Shown piece after piece: positions 24,390 through 37,170 of a stretch of 64,000 nucleotides of DNA. The stretch is from Eutreptiella sp. 'Long Island Sound 2002'. Its lineage: Eukaryota > Protista > Euglenida. The position numbers were made by a program, and so were the translations under genes. Under the pieces are notes generated by a model. That model saw only the letters and a list, made by a program, of their open reading frames with translations. It searched no databases and had not been told where the DNA came from. The DNA lies in NCBI GenBank assembly GCA_964036045.1, contig OZ038378.1, positions 170,252,001 to 170,316,000 on the forward strand, read 5' to 3'. Every line of letters begins with the position of its first letter. Position 1 is the first letter of the stretch.

Positions 24390-24640
24390 ACAATCTCACC
24401 CTTAGGGTGAGGCACACCCAGGCAGTTAGTGGAGCATATTTTCTTCTTCAACTCTTGGAAACACTCCTCCTCCCAGGCAGTGCATCTCCAAGGGTATTCC
24501 TTTTTATGAGGTCGGTTAGAGGCGCTGATGAATAGGTGAAATTATGGATATGGGCCGAAACTGGGGTTCAAATAGTTGCCGACATACAAAACTTTGCATT
24601 GCGTGAACAGCATTCTCTTTGTGCGAATTTCGAATACCCT
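24390..24640 (-). mobile_element. Decayed Ty3/Gypsy pol fragment (RT thumb/connection)
   Basis: Frameshifted translation HNFTYSSAPLTDLIKRN...WEEECFQELKKKICSTNCLGVP is typical of the Gypsy RT-RNase H junction. Confidence 0.7.
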
Positions 24641-25259
24641 TGGGGGTTCAATTCCAAAGGGTCGTCTAGGTCTGTTGCATCCCACAAATATCAGTATGGT
24701 GAAAAGTATTGAGGCCTAGAGTAGCTGAAACCACCACTGGTGCACCTTTTCGCTGGTGCACACGGGGCTCGCATGGCTTGTATGCAGCTCCTGTACACCC
24801 TCCATCATCCCGCAGATCTGTGTCGCCTCACCTATTTCATGTGATGTCCCCCTAATGCGAGTGCACGTACGCGCAAACTTATTTGGAAATAGATGGGCGT
24901 AAGAGGCGCTTCATTGGGAATATCACCTCCCAATTGGTCATCCAAGTGGGGGCACCTTCGTGTCGTGCAAGGACATTTCCATTTATATAGATCCGTGCAC
25001 CTGACGAGCCTTCGCCGTTACTGAGCTCGGCACGAGGACAAGGTTTTGTAGCCGCTCGCCGAAAAATGTGCGACACAATGAGGTGGCAAAGATTACTTTG
25101 CTTTCCGGATACACCTACGTTGTCATTATTTCATTTGTCGTTGCATTATCTGAGATTAAGAGCCGAGGCGAATGTTTTGGTAAACGATGAATGCTTTGTT
25201 GTTGTGGGTGCGCATGCGCCCATTTGCTGCAACAGACCAGTGCACTACCGGAATTGCAA

Positions 25260-25554
25260 GTTGCGCATGTGCCGCCAGCCCACGGGTACCGCACATGCTG
25301 AAGCCTAGGGGCCTGAAGGCCCATTGTATGGTGGTATAGGCCTCCTCAACATGGGCGACAGCCCGGGAGTAGGCAGGAAGCGACAATGGGTCAGCAGATG
25401 GGGGGGCGGGGTGGACAACGGTGAAATCGACAACCGGGGGCCCGCCTTCTTGCCAATGCAGTATCAAGAGATCAGCAGGATGGTCCCACCCAACACCATG
25501 TTCCCCAAGGCGGTGTGGGACACCGCCTTCTTGCCACACACTAATGAGGGCCAT
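25260..25554 (-). mobile_element. Non-LTR retrotransposon restriction-like endonuclease fragment (CRE/SLACS/R2-type)
   Basis: HPADLLILHWQEGGPPVVDFTVVHP...WAFRPLGFSMCG matches the PD..D region of RLE-clade elements; the catalytic Lys region is degenerate. Confidence 0.68.
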
Positions 25555-26391
25555 TTGGTTTGGTACCTACACAGAGGCTTTGAACCCTTGTGGACTTGCA
25601 CGCTTTTCTGAGGCATTATCGTTAAGACGCGGACGAGACGCGAACATCAAATCGAACCACTATTATTAGCGTCTTCAACCCCCAATTCTACAGTAATCTG
25701 CCCACCAGGACCGAAGCCAGGTAAACTTCAGAACAAGCCTCCTCCCAGAAAGCATACTCACCGGGAGCCTGTCTTGCAGGTAACCAGGGGAGGAAGTGGT
25801 ACAAAGCGAGAGCACCAAGACACAAGTGAGCCCAACCCGCCCAAACCCAAAGCGCCTAAGCGTAAGAGATCTATAGAGCATTTCCAGAGCCAGAAGTTAC
25901 CGCGAGTCGAAGGTATGTCATCCCGTGGGCGTTCCACGACACGCTTTGTGGTAAATGATAGCGACTCCTCCGAGGGTAGTGTATATGTACAATCAGAAGA
26001 GGACGAGAACTGCTCCTCACCAACCGCCGTCACTCAAGAGTGGTTAGGCTGCCACTCTGGTGACACAAATCGTCGTGGAAAAAATTCCTGGTGACACAAA
26101 ATTCCAGGAAAATCCTGATGACACAAATCGCCGGCGAAGTACTGCTCTGCAGACGGTAAAACTCAGCCTGCGCCGGCGCGCGCTGCAGAACAGCACTGGT
26201 GGCGGGAACCGAACCCGGGGCTCGGGCGTAGGCGCACCGCCAACTAGGACAAGCCGAGACCGCCCATCCGACCGGAGAGGTAGTATATAGATTTGTCCAT
26301 ATACATTCGAAAATTTTAAAAAAAGCAAAGGCCCCGGGCCAGCCCCGGGGCCTTTGTGGCTGCTTGTGGTGCCTCATGTCCTTGCAACAGG

Positions 26392-28225
26392 TCAATGCAT
26401 GCATACGGATAGGCTAGGTAAGAGGACATGCACATGGGACAAGGTGAGAGTTTTTGAGGGTTTGTGGTGATATGGTACCATAGTGCAACAACCAGGTCTC
26501 CAAAAGTACCCGGGGGGTAACTTGGCGCCACCGGCTCCGATTTTGGTGCTACCTAGGTCAAAAGTTGCGGAAAGGTGTCTACTTTTCGAAAAGCTATAGC
26601 CGGTTGGGTCCGTTTGACCCTCGTTTTGAGCTATTGGGCCGCCATTGGTGGGGGGTCACTCCAAAAATTGAGTTTTTTTACCAGTTTTCAAACACAGGTT
26701 CTTAAAAGTACCCGGGGGGTAACTTGGCGCCACCGGCTCCGATTTTGGTGCTACCTAGGTCAAAAGTTGCGGAAAACACTATACTTTTCAAAAAACTATG
26801 GCTCAAAGGGTCCGTTTGACCAACATTTTGAGTTAGACAACCGACTTGGGTGGGGGGTAACTCCAAAAATTGAGCAACCCTACCCCTACTTTTGGGGAGA
26901 TGGGTGTTGCACTGTGGTACCGCGGATGCCGTGCGCATGGAGGTCAATGCATTTAACAGACGATGGAGACACTCATTCAACTGTGTGCCGGAGTAGTGCT
27001 GCGGAAATAGGCAATCGGGATGGTTGTCAAGCAGTTTTGCTACCTCTGCACGCACCTTGCTGTTGACATGATAGCCGAATGTTTTTTTCCAAAGCGAAAC
27101 ACGTTCCCTTACATTGTCCGGTTCGGACTCATCAAACGTTTGGGTTCTACTGGTTTCCGAGCGTACATGGTTCTTGTCTCCTGTTCCACGAAAACACATT
27201 CCGAATGCCTTGGCAGCGGTGGCCGACCCTTTTTTCTTTTTAGAGATCTCACGGACGACCCGTTGAATGGCATGGAACAAGTCCAGGCACAAGTGTGCAT
27301 CGGGGAAGTATTTTTGCCACACTAAGACCTCTCCACAACATCTATCCGAGTGAACTTCCTCAACGAACATGTTCGGCCGTTGAGATAGCTCTTCAAGAAG
27401 GTCAGATGGGATGGAGGCATCCTCTAGGAATCTCCAAGCCAAAACCATGCCAAGCTCATTCAACACAAAGTATGCACTCTCAAAAAGCTTCTCAAAGTGA
27501 TGGTCTATTTTGACCGTACACTTTTTTGCTATTTTGAATGTGTGGTCAGCTGACAATTTGTGTGCCCCCAGTGACTTGAGGCAAGCATCATAAGGGGCAC
27601 CCCAATCACTGAATGGAAAATAAACATCAGCATGAAAAACAACTTCATTGTATCTCCCCTCGTACAACGAAGCCATTTGCTCTGCCGTGGCACTCATGCT
27701 TACACCCTTAGAGAGGCCAGTTAAAACAAGTCGAAGCACTTGCTTATGCAAGGCACTTCGTTGGAATAATATAAAGGGAAAGGCTCTTTGTAACTTGGGA
27801 GTCAATTGGCTATGAATTTCCCAAGAATGGTACGTTTTACCACAACCTACTAATACGGCCTTAACTTGGTGCCTACATGCATACCCTCGCATAAGAAGAA
27901 TGCAGTTTTCTTCTAAAAGGCATGCAACCCTCCTATGCCACTTGTGAACACGCAAAGGTTGTCCACAGGCAGCACAAAAGAGATGCACTTTGTATTGTGT
28001 CAATGGGTCCCACACAAAAAAGGCAGGACTCCCATTGGCACATGTTGTTACCATTCTTCCCCACAAACTTTGGGTGTTCTTGATCACACCCATTTCGTAA
28101 CTGGTGAAGTAGGGTGGGTCCTTTTTGGATCCACCTTTGGCTCCCCGTACTTCTGGTGACATCCATAGCCATATGTAGAATAGCAGCAATAGTTGCATTT
28201 TCATCATGCCTGAAAAATGATGCAT
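26392..28225 (-). mobile_element. DDE transposase with D-x2-H motif (Mutator-like clan; DUF6729-like family from memory), interrupted near its 3' end by a MITE
   Basis: WDPL..C..C zinc-finger-like N-terminus; LSADHTFK (D1), YFVLNELG, HSDRCC (D2), LDLFHAIQR (D-x2-H) and SGTQLNECLH (E). The ORF-track C-terminus after ..TASAV is read from the MITE and is an artefact. Confidence 0.75.
26481..26914. mobile_element. hAT-like MITE (434 bp) with an internal ~200-bp tandem duplication
   Basis: Imperfect ~25-bp TIR TAGTGCAACAACC.. / ..GGGTGTTGCACTG; 8-bp TSD TGGTACCA (26473-26480) / TGGTACCG (26915-26922). The block AAAAGTACCCGGGGGGTAACTTGGCGCC...GCGGAAA occurs at ~26502 and ~26704. Confidence 0.85.
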
Positions 28226-28351
28226 GATGTGTAGAACTATTTATTTCGACTGATTTAACGTAACGTCAACAGTCGAATGCTACGATTTTCACGGATTTAC
28301 ATACCTGTGATACGCAAGTCAAATACTGATACACAGGCGACCAAATACTGG

Positions 28352-28425
28352 AATACCGCGGCGCCGCGGTATTTACTGTGGTATAATACTGCGGTATTCC
28401 CCGGCGCCGCGGTATTTTGCGGTAT
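28352..28425. repeat. Palindromic ATACCGCGG/CCGCGGTAT cluster with a perfect 22-bp palindrome
   Basis: AATACCGCGGCGCCGCGGTATT at 28352-28373, plus partial copies to ~28425. Confidence 0.85.
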
Positions 28426-30418
28426 GTCACGGTAGCGGCACCCTTCCCTCAAGAGTAACCGACAAACTCACTTGGGTCAAGGGGCTCGAGCGCAGTACCG
28501 TGGTTGTCGCGCGGGCATCGGTGCCAAATTCGCTTCAATTATCGCTTCTCACTTCAAAACGTGCAACGTGGAAATTTGCAGTTGTTTGGAAAGGCATTTT
28601 TCTTGCTTGTGCAGCTTTTAGACCTCACAATGAAGGCCGCACGTCTCGCTCTGATGTCTCATGAAAGACCTTGGATTTTCTACAACAAAAAGACTGGAAA
28701 GTGGGGTGCCTGTGGGTGGGTCCCTTTCTGGAAGGCCAAAAATCAATCCACCAACTACATCCCAGATAACTTCCTCTGCACCAATAACAATGGGGCGTGG
28801 TTGAAGAACCTGTGGCAAATGTCAAAGACCATCGATGAAAAGGTCTGCCATGGCTTACTCATACTGCGCGTTTGGCTGGAGACGGGAATTTGTGTTTTGT
28901 CCTTGGTTTTCTCAGGGTGTCTCTGGCTATCCAGCTGTCGGCAACACCGACTGGCTCAAGGTGCCACTGGACGCCCCCATCAATGCCAAGGTATGCTTCA
29001 GTGCGTGGGCTTGTGCTGCACGCCGAATCTGTCGCACCCGACACGCAAACCGAACACGTTTCCGTCCGGAACCGCAGGATACTTTTCGCGTATCATCTTC
29101 GTAGAAATTGCAGTGAAGCAGCCAAGCGAAAGGACTGCAAGAATCAGGGGAGGCAGCCGTTTGCTGACGACCTCCTCCTGGAACAAGGAACGCTGATGTG
29201 GCAACCAGACGTGGGGATCCACCTGCGATGAGACGTTAAGAGTACTCGGGCGCATGGGGTAGCAGTAGGTGCATCTGGGCAGCTACATAGTACTGACCTT
29301 TGAAAAGTATCCGTACTCCACAGTGCCCTAACACAGAGCAATTTTCGGACACGGAGCCACGCATGTTGGGGGCCGCCTCCGCGCGCATCCGGGGGGGGGC
29401 AACCGGGTCGTGCGGGTGCCTTCGGCTGCCCAATGGCCAGCTCCATGTTTTCGTGGCAAGTTGGACTGGCAGAATACCCAGTTATAATATTTTCTGTCCC
29501 AGTGCTTCCCTCGTACGGTTTCGGTTGTGCGTGAGAGCTGGCACTGGAATAAGTTGAAAGTGCCCACGATCGACAGAAGAGTCTTGCTCATAACCCGCCA
29601 CAACCATTTCTCAAGAAAAGCTGCAAACCGAAGCCAGTGTGCCTCAGATTTTTGTGTGCGTTTTTGATCTTGTACATCGCCAACGCAGACTGAAATCTGC
29701 ACCTAAATTGTTGACGGATTTCCTCCACGTATTTGTTTGCGCGCTGTGTCGTGGTTTTTCGGCTGTTTCGTGAGCGCTGGTGAACGTCACCCGAGAACTG
29801 TTTGCAGTGCACAGTTGTAGAACCGTCCACACTTATCGTCAATCAATGTTGCACCTTTCTGTGGAGCCAGAGGCATTCACAAGCCATAAACTCCTGAAGT
29901 GTGTCGTTGTTTATGGTTGGTTTTTAAAAGCACGCACAACTAGTGTGACAATAACGAACAAAAGTACACAGCGTCTCTTTTGTCTCGTGGCCCATGGTGC
30001 ACAGGAGATTGAACGTGAACCCGATCCCGAACCCGAACCAGTGCTTCAAAATTGCCTAACTGTTTGACGATGAAAAAAATACCTAATGCCTGGGCTTGGA
30101 TCATCACTTGGTGGCGGCCCAAGTGCACACAAGTGTGGCACCAGTGCCCCCCCCCCCCCCCCTGTGCCATTGGTTGGGCTTGGACCTCATTTCTCGACAT
30201 GCAACATTCTTGGAATGGAGGCTGCATGCTGGGGGGGGGGGGGGGCAGGGTTGTACAAACCTAGCTGCACTGCTAGCACGTGTATCTATGAGGCCACCAA
30301 CAATATTTGTATGGAAAGGAACACAAAATAGTCACCTCAAAAACCCCCCATTGCATGTGGGTTTCATATGCTGCAGTGGCCACCACTATCAAATTGACCC
30401 ATGCCGGGGGGATTGTGC

Positions 30419-30615
30419 ATTTCAAACAGGTGTGGGATTTCCCCACACTTTCTGAGGAAAAGGTGCGGAGTTTGTTGGCGACAAAAATTGGTTTTGCACG
30501 TTGGGACATGATTAAATGTGTATTTCAAACAGGTGTGGGATTTCCCCACACTTTCTGAGGAAAAGGTGCGGAGTTTGTTGGCGACAAATTGGTTTTGCAC
30601 ATTGGGACATGATTA
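30419..30615. repeat. Tandem duplication, period ~103 bp
   Basis: TTTCAAACAGGTGTGGGATTTCCCCACAC...TTGGGACATGATTA occurs twice, nearly identical. Confidence 0.92.
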
Positions 30616-31819
30616 GATTAAGACAGCCATTAGGTGGTGATAAATGCCCATGGGTGTAGGCATGAGACCAAGGGTTGATTATGTATAGGATTGCAATGTT
30701 GAAAGTTTTTCATGAAAATCTGTGGATTTCATTGTTGTGCTGAAAAGTTTTATTTTAAATTCATAAATATTTTTTTTTGTTGCCTCCAAATACATCCAAT
30801 GGTTTTATGTGTGTGGTGTTTGTTTGCATTTTGGGTCACGTTTTAGGTACAATATGTGTTTTGTTTTTCATGTTGTTTACTTTTGCACATCCCATTGTAC
30901 AAAATCATTTTGTCAAATAAAACTCATTGACATTTTGGATTTTTGTTCAATTTCTGTACATTTTTTGTTCTTATGCAAAAAAAAAAAATTGTACCGGTGC
31001 TTGATTCATCACAAAGATTTGTGCATTTAAAGTTTCCATTGCAACGGTTTAAATGTTGGAATGTGGTATTGCCAGGCTAGTGGCATTTTAGAAACCAAGA
31101 ATAAGTTACCAACGGAGGGAGCGACCATTTCTACAACTCAAATATGAGAAAAAGGGCCAAAAGGAGATTGTCAATCATTATTAAGCACCAAGCGAGACCA
31201 ATGGACTCCAGAGATGTATGTACTTTTGGCACTATTTAGGGGTCCGGGTCCGGAAGGGGAAGGGGGACAGATTTTTTTGTGACTGGTCACAAAAAAATGT
31301 CAAGTGCTAACCCTAAAAATATTGTGACCAAAAAAGGTGTCTGAGGTAGAATGTCTCTTGTGCCTGCCCGTGCTGCAAATTTACACTGCAAATTTCTTGT
31401 GATTGCTGAAATTTGTACACTGTGTGTATATTTTGTTGTTCCATTAGCAAGCATTGCACTAGCTCAATATTAGACATAGGCGAGAATTGTTGCAGCTTTA
31501 CAGCAATAGGCAACTCAAAGGCATCGGTGTATTGCTCATCAATGGCATTCAAACTTGTGCAATGATAGACGTGGTCGCCATAAAGCCTATCCCATGTTGC
31601 CAATTTGGGGGCGTACAATGGGTCCTTCAAAGTTGTGGCTCTGCAAAGTTGAAAGTTTTGATAACCAAAATGCTCGCTTTTGACTTTGATTGGCAAAAAC
31701 AAGAGAAAAAAAGCAATAAAAGAAGAAAATCAACCTCAAACAATGGATTTAATAGCCAAACCAGACTTATTGGGTTTGTCTTTTGCGGAGCGTTTTTTGA
31801 CTTTTCGTGTCTTTTGCTT

Positions 31820-32900
31820 TGCAAAACTATCTACACCGGGTCCACTTATGTCCATGTCTACACAACATGAATCACCATGGCAAGGCTATGTTTACCGAGA
31901 TCAAGTTGAGCAAGAATCCTCCATGTATGTGACTCCATACATTGGCATTCTTGTTGTTATTTTCTTTTTGGACCTTTCGACATTTATTCGATTTGAGAGT
32001 GCAACCACAAATGTTCTAGTTCACCTTCCGGCCTATGTTGTTTGTGTATACTTCGAACAATATCAATTAAGAATTAGTACATCTCTTCGCATATCGCCAC
32101 TGGCAATGGAAAGACCATGTTGTGGCATGTTTGCATACATTCATGCAGCAACTTTTGTGCATGCTGCTGTACACGGATAAGTTGCCAAGGCTAAAAAAAA
32201 ACGTCTCATGTTGGGTAGCCCATCATCGAGGTACATGTAGGTGGCTTACTACCATCACGGTTTCCAGCTTTTTGCATTCCCATCAACTTGCAAAACATGT
32301 CCATAGTCTATGTCCTCTTTTTCGCATACATACATGCACACCAACCATGTGCCCCGCAAAGCACATGAATCATGGCTATCGCAATGTCCATCATTTCCTT
32401 CGAAACCTAGACTCTTGGTCCTAGTCTGCATTCCATGCACTAGATTACAACATACGGTTCTCTTTCTTTCACATCTAAATGTTTTCATGTGCCTGCTCGG
32501 TGCATTTCGCATCATTCCAACCTTCGGGTTGCATGTCCCATCTCTTCAAACACCATTCCATGTGCAGCAGGAATTACTTTCCAGGTGCACATCTGTATTG
32601 TCGTTGTTGACCTTTATGCTCTTAGCCACTTAGGAAACTTTGCAATGTTTCCGAGTTTCTGATACTGTGGGTTGTTGTCACTACATTCCTCTGCATGTGG
32701 CCTGCATGCAATATGATAAAAAAGCTGCCTACATGCATCATTCAAAATTCATGTTGCACCTATCAAGGAAAAGTTCCTCTTGTGTTGGTCAAGAATGTCA
32801 CTACATGCAATCTTTGAGTGCTAAAACTCGCCGTTGCACACATCTTGCACCTCGGATTAGGTAAACGTACCCCTGTGAGTTACTGTGTGTTTGTGTTGTA
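31820..32900 (-). pseudogene. Possible decayed KDZ (Kyakuja-Dileera-Zisupton)-type transposase
   Basis: Fragments in expected order: HVLQVDGNAK (~32290), HG..GD (~32100), RHGHKWTRC (~31840). Many stops and frameshifts; AT-rich context. Confidence 0.33.
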
Positions 32901-35900
32901 GTAGTGTCTCTGTTCTTGGTGTTGCGTAGATTGTGCTGCTTCATTTTCGGTTTTGTTCGTGAAAGAAGTCCAAAGTGAATGGGGGACGGTTAAAAAAAAA
33001 AAATGTAATGGTGTTTGGTGTGGGGCGCCTTGCTGCTTCCGTATTTCAGCATCAGTTGCTTATATCTTCTTTTGTTAGGTGGGTGTGCTTGTAGTCTTGT
33101 CGTGAAAAAAAACAAATATTAGTTTTTTACCTCTGTAATGGCTTGTGTCAAAGCTTTTTTTTCTTGAAGCCATGTTTTTGTTTATGCTTTCGTTTGTTTT
33201 GCTCATGTAACCGATGCTAGCAGGACATACCTCGGCATTTTTGGCACCAATCCTTTCATGAAATGCTTAGTGCTAATCATGGCGTGTCCTATGACACTTT
33301 GTTCAGTCAATTGTAGACGATGGCGCCAAACGCCCCTGTTGGCGGCTCTGCGAACCCACTATTTGCTCAAGCTTGGCCATGTACACAAGGTTGCGAAAAT
33401 GCCTTTGTGCTACATACATTAAATTGACCTATATGAAAACCAATGCTGCGTAACCGCCGTAATGTGCTAATATCGCAACGCCAAACTCCGAATTTTCAAA
33501 ATATCGCATGCAGTAGACAAATCATCCGTGATATGGATTAATGGTGTACGATTTTTCTTTGGTTCGTGTCCATCGATAATTTTGATCACCCAAATTTTTG
33601 CAATCGTTAGTTGTGTAGGAGTTTGGCACTCAAAGTGTTGCATTGGGAGAGAAAAAAAGTGTGCTGATGCCAAAATGCCACATGTGCCGTAGGTTGAGTG
33701 ATTTTGATCTAACAACCTTTACGAAGTGATTACACGTGCAAAATATCCTGCACCCATCCCAAAAAGATGAAAAACAATTGTCCACCTACAATGCAGGAGA
33801 GTCTCCAAAGTCACAGCACTCCGAAGTGAAATGCCTCCAAAGTCGCGGACCATGTCTTTCCACTTTGGGGTGCAAAAACAACATTCCAAAAAAAACAATG
33901 GCCTCATTCTCTCGGTGTGTTTATTGAAAAACAAAAAATAATACAATCATTTTGATGCCTGAATTTGGCAACTTGTTGAGGACCCGCCTCGTCAGTTTCA
34001 CCAAGAAATGTGTGCAATTTATCGACCCAGCAGCACACATAGAAATGGGAAATAAAAAGAAAAAAAGATACGGATACATGACATTAGCCCTAATTAGAGA
34101 TAGAGCCAACAAACATCACAAACAGCCTTGTACAGTGTCAACCCTAGTGTACTAATGTACACCTTCCAAGTATGTATGCTAAAAAAAAAAATGGACCCAG
34201 GAAAGCAATAGAAAATATACCATTTCCCAGTCTACCAACACCATGCGTGATCAGTTTGAAATTACGTTCCAGAGGATCCCAACCCAAAAATTAAATCCTC
34301 TTTCGAACATATCAATGTTGGACCAAGTCTCACAATAACAAAATTTCACCCTTGAATTACAACACCTCAGCCTTAATGCATGCATACAACCACGGGCTTC
34401 TGCATCATTTCCCATGTATGCCTTCTTGTTTTGATTTCATGGGCTCTACGATGTGGTTCGCAAACACAAGCGAAGAGATCAAAAAGAGGTCAAAATTCAC
34501 AACCTAGCAAGCCTTTCTTGTGTCCGCGATGTTCTTCCAGGACATTAGACATCCCCTTTTCCTCATCATCCTTCAGCATGCAGCCCCCATATGTAAACTG
34601 TTTGCCAAAGAGGTAGGCTACTTCTTCGCATGGAACACACCAACATATGGCTTCATGCCACGACGCACTTCAACAATGTATTGCAAAAAAAGGAAGTTCT
34701 GACCCTTTTCTTGCATTCATCTTGGCTGTCTTGGCAACAACCGTGAGAAACCTCTAATCCAAAAATTGCGGTGCATTTTGGTCTGCATGCCCCACGGCAG
34801 AGTGCTTCGTCGGTACTGCTGTGCATGTTCGTTTTTTCGTAACTATTTTTTCCAATATAGTGGTTTGGTGTGTGCCAATTGACATCCTTTGCAAGGAGCT
34901 CATCACGAAGGGAAAACAGTTGGGGCTGTGGCAACTGCACAGCAGAGCCAAACCAGAAACCAGAAAAGGCAAAACAATATCCTCACCAGCCCCACCATTG
35001 GTCAATGACATCGGCTGGCAGTGAGGTGCGGCGGTTGGGGGTTCTGTGCAAGCAGTTGTCAATTATCTGACAGCTGGCGGCCATTGCAGACTTTCCTAAA
35101 GCAAAAACGGGGGAAACCCCTCTTATCTAAAGAAACCCCTGTGAAAGAAATCCAAATTAACAAACAGGCCGGAGGACAACACAAGAAAACACTGGAGGAT
35201 TCACTGAAATTGCTGATCACTGCACGTCAATCAGGTCCTGAAAAATCTTTTGTCGTCAACCATATATCCACATGGTAGGAACTTTACAATCAGCAACCTG
35301 CCATCTGCCATCGTCCTCAACAAATAATCACCCGATGCTATTCCGTTTGCGTTCAGTGGGTGCTCTCCTGGTGGATCTTCAGGTCGCGACCAAATGGCTC
35401 TGGAGGACTGGGCAGCATTACGTTGAAATCATCACCCTTGGGTGCCCAGGTGTAGTTTTCAGTGAGCTTGTTGCTGGAATTCCTCAGCTGGAAAAAGGTG
35501 AACAGGAAGAATTGAGGGCTCCACCAAGGGCTGGATGTGGCATTCAAGAAACTCTTCTTAGTTGCCACCCAGCTCATCCACCGCTTCTGCACATTCAGCA
35601 CTGTCCAACTGGTGTACTCATTGAACATCAAATGTTCATTGGGAGAGGCCCAAGCAGTGGCGGATGCATCCTTTCGATTCGCTTCAGGCATGGCGTGAAC
35701 TGCAAACAAAACGTGGGGTCCAGAAAGCATCACGTCTATGGCATTCGGATCCAAACCACTTGCAAATTGCAATCCAGCAGCAGCAACCAGAACACAAATA
35801 TTGTGAACAACAATACAACACATGTCATCAGCAAACTGTACCCGGTTTCTATAATGTGAAGTGTAGAGCTGAGGACCTGGTCAGGTGCACAGCCAAATTG

Positions 35901-37084
35901 GGTATGTTCACCACTTACCCAATACATCTTGCTTGCTATTCTTTGACTCACTTGAACCCACTGCCTGGATGAGTTGCACTGCCTGCCCCACAGAAAAACA
36001 AGTCAAGACCACAAATAAAGACCACCACATGAGCTCAGAGGCACAATAGTTTGATATCCCCGCGTTCAGCAGTTCCATCACCTCTTCACCATCACCATAC
36101 GCACCCAACCTGAGCCTAAGCTCATAAAATGTGTAACACCCACCAATTGCGAAACCCATGTTTGTGCAATGCATCCCACGGCAGTCCCAAATCTCAATCT
36201 CCCTCTTCACTCAAAGATAGGTGCAAGCTGGCCCTTTGGTGCTGGTTAACTCGTTCAACATCATAAGTGGAGGCAAACCAGGGACCATGAGGCAAAAACG
36301 AACTCAAACATGAAATGGAGGCAGCATTTGCCTGGAGGAACAGATTGAACTGTACACGTTCCGTTGATAGAATTGATGAGCACCAACCCGTGGGATAATC
36401 TGTGTGGCGGCTCCAGTGCCTTCTTGACATTTGGACGCATGGGCACGGCTGATCGGCATTTCTGACAGCGGTGAGAAATCCAGTGAGATGCTGGAAGGTA
36501 AGGCTCAGGGAAAATTGAAAAGCGCCGGGGGGGGGGGGGGTCTGGAGGCCTGGGAGGCCTGGGAGGGGGGGGCTCCAAGGGCAGGCGGCCATTGGAGCCC
36601 CTTTTTGTGGGACCCCCCTTTTTGTGTGTGGACCCCCCTTTCCCGCGGGGAACACATAGTGAGGAATTAACCTTGCGGCCCTTGGAGCCCCTTTTCCCAA
36701 CCCCCCCCCCAAATTGTTGGGGGCTCCAACCCCCCCCCCCCACCCCCCCCGGGGGCCTTTCGATTTTCCACCAGCCTAACAACCATTGTCAGTCTGGCCA
36801 AGCTAAGCCACGCCTGACCACACCTTGTGGATATTCGTGAAACCTAAGTGCTGTTGAGGCATCTCCGGCATGAAGTTTTCAGCAATCGCCGTACTGTCTC
36901 GTCTGTGTCCAGGCTGGCATAACTCCCCGTCTGTGTCCGGGCTGGCATAAGTACAGGAGTCGTACCATGACAGTCAGACCGTACAGGTTGGCATCATGGA
37001 GGTCGGGGGAGGGGGGGGTGAGACCTACTTAAAGAGTGAGGATTGGAATGGGGTTGAAAATTGATGGTACAGACAGACAGACAG

Positions 37085-37138
37085 AGGTCGGGGGTCGGGG
37101 GGGGGGGGGACCAAATTAGGAGATGAGATTGAAATTTG

Positions 37139-37168
<30 letters not shown>
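37085..37168 (+). mobile_element. Short poly(A)-tailed insertion flanked by 13-bp direct repeats
   Basis: A30 at 37139-37168; GACAGACAGACAG at 37072-37084 and 37169-37181. Confidence 0.45.

Positions 37169-37170
<2 letters not shown>

Noticed and set aside
24880-25260. Spliced-leader RNA or 5S remnant next to the RLE fragment
   Set aside because: No leader-like or 5S-like sequence seen.
26481-26914. CACAGTG end as a Transib/RAG RSS heptamer
   Set aside because: Flanks fit an 8-bp TSD with CAG/TAG termini (hAT-like), not a 5-bp TSD; no nonamer.
26702-26917. C-terminal 70 aa of the 507-aa ORF
   Set aside because: Translated MITE sequence, not transposase.
28075-28225. Signal-peptide-like start of the transposase ORF
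   Set aside because: Probably a non-coding upstream extension; family-like sequence begins near WDPL.
28504-29900. Intact gene from the 230-aa ORF
   Set aside because: Protein-like signal jumps between frames; no recognisable family; likely decayed TE.
36500-36780. Foldback element with GGAAAAT.GAAA.G ends
   Set aside because: Termini too degenerate and no TSD.
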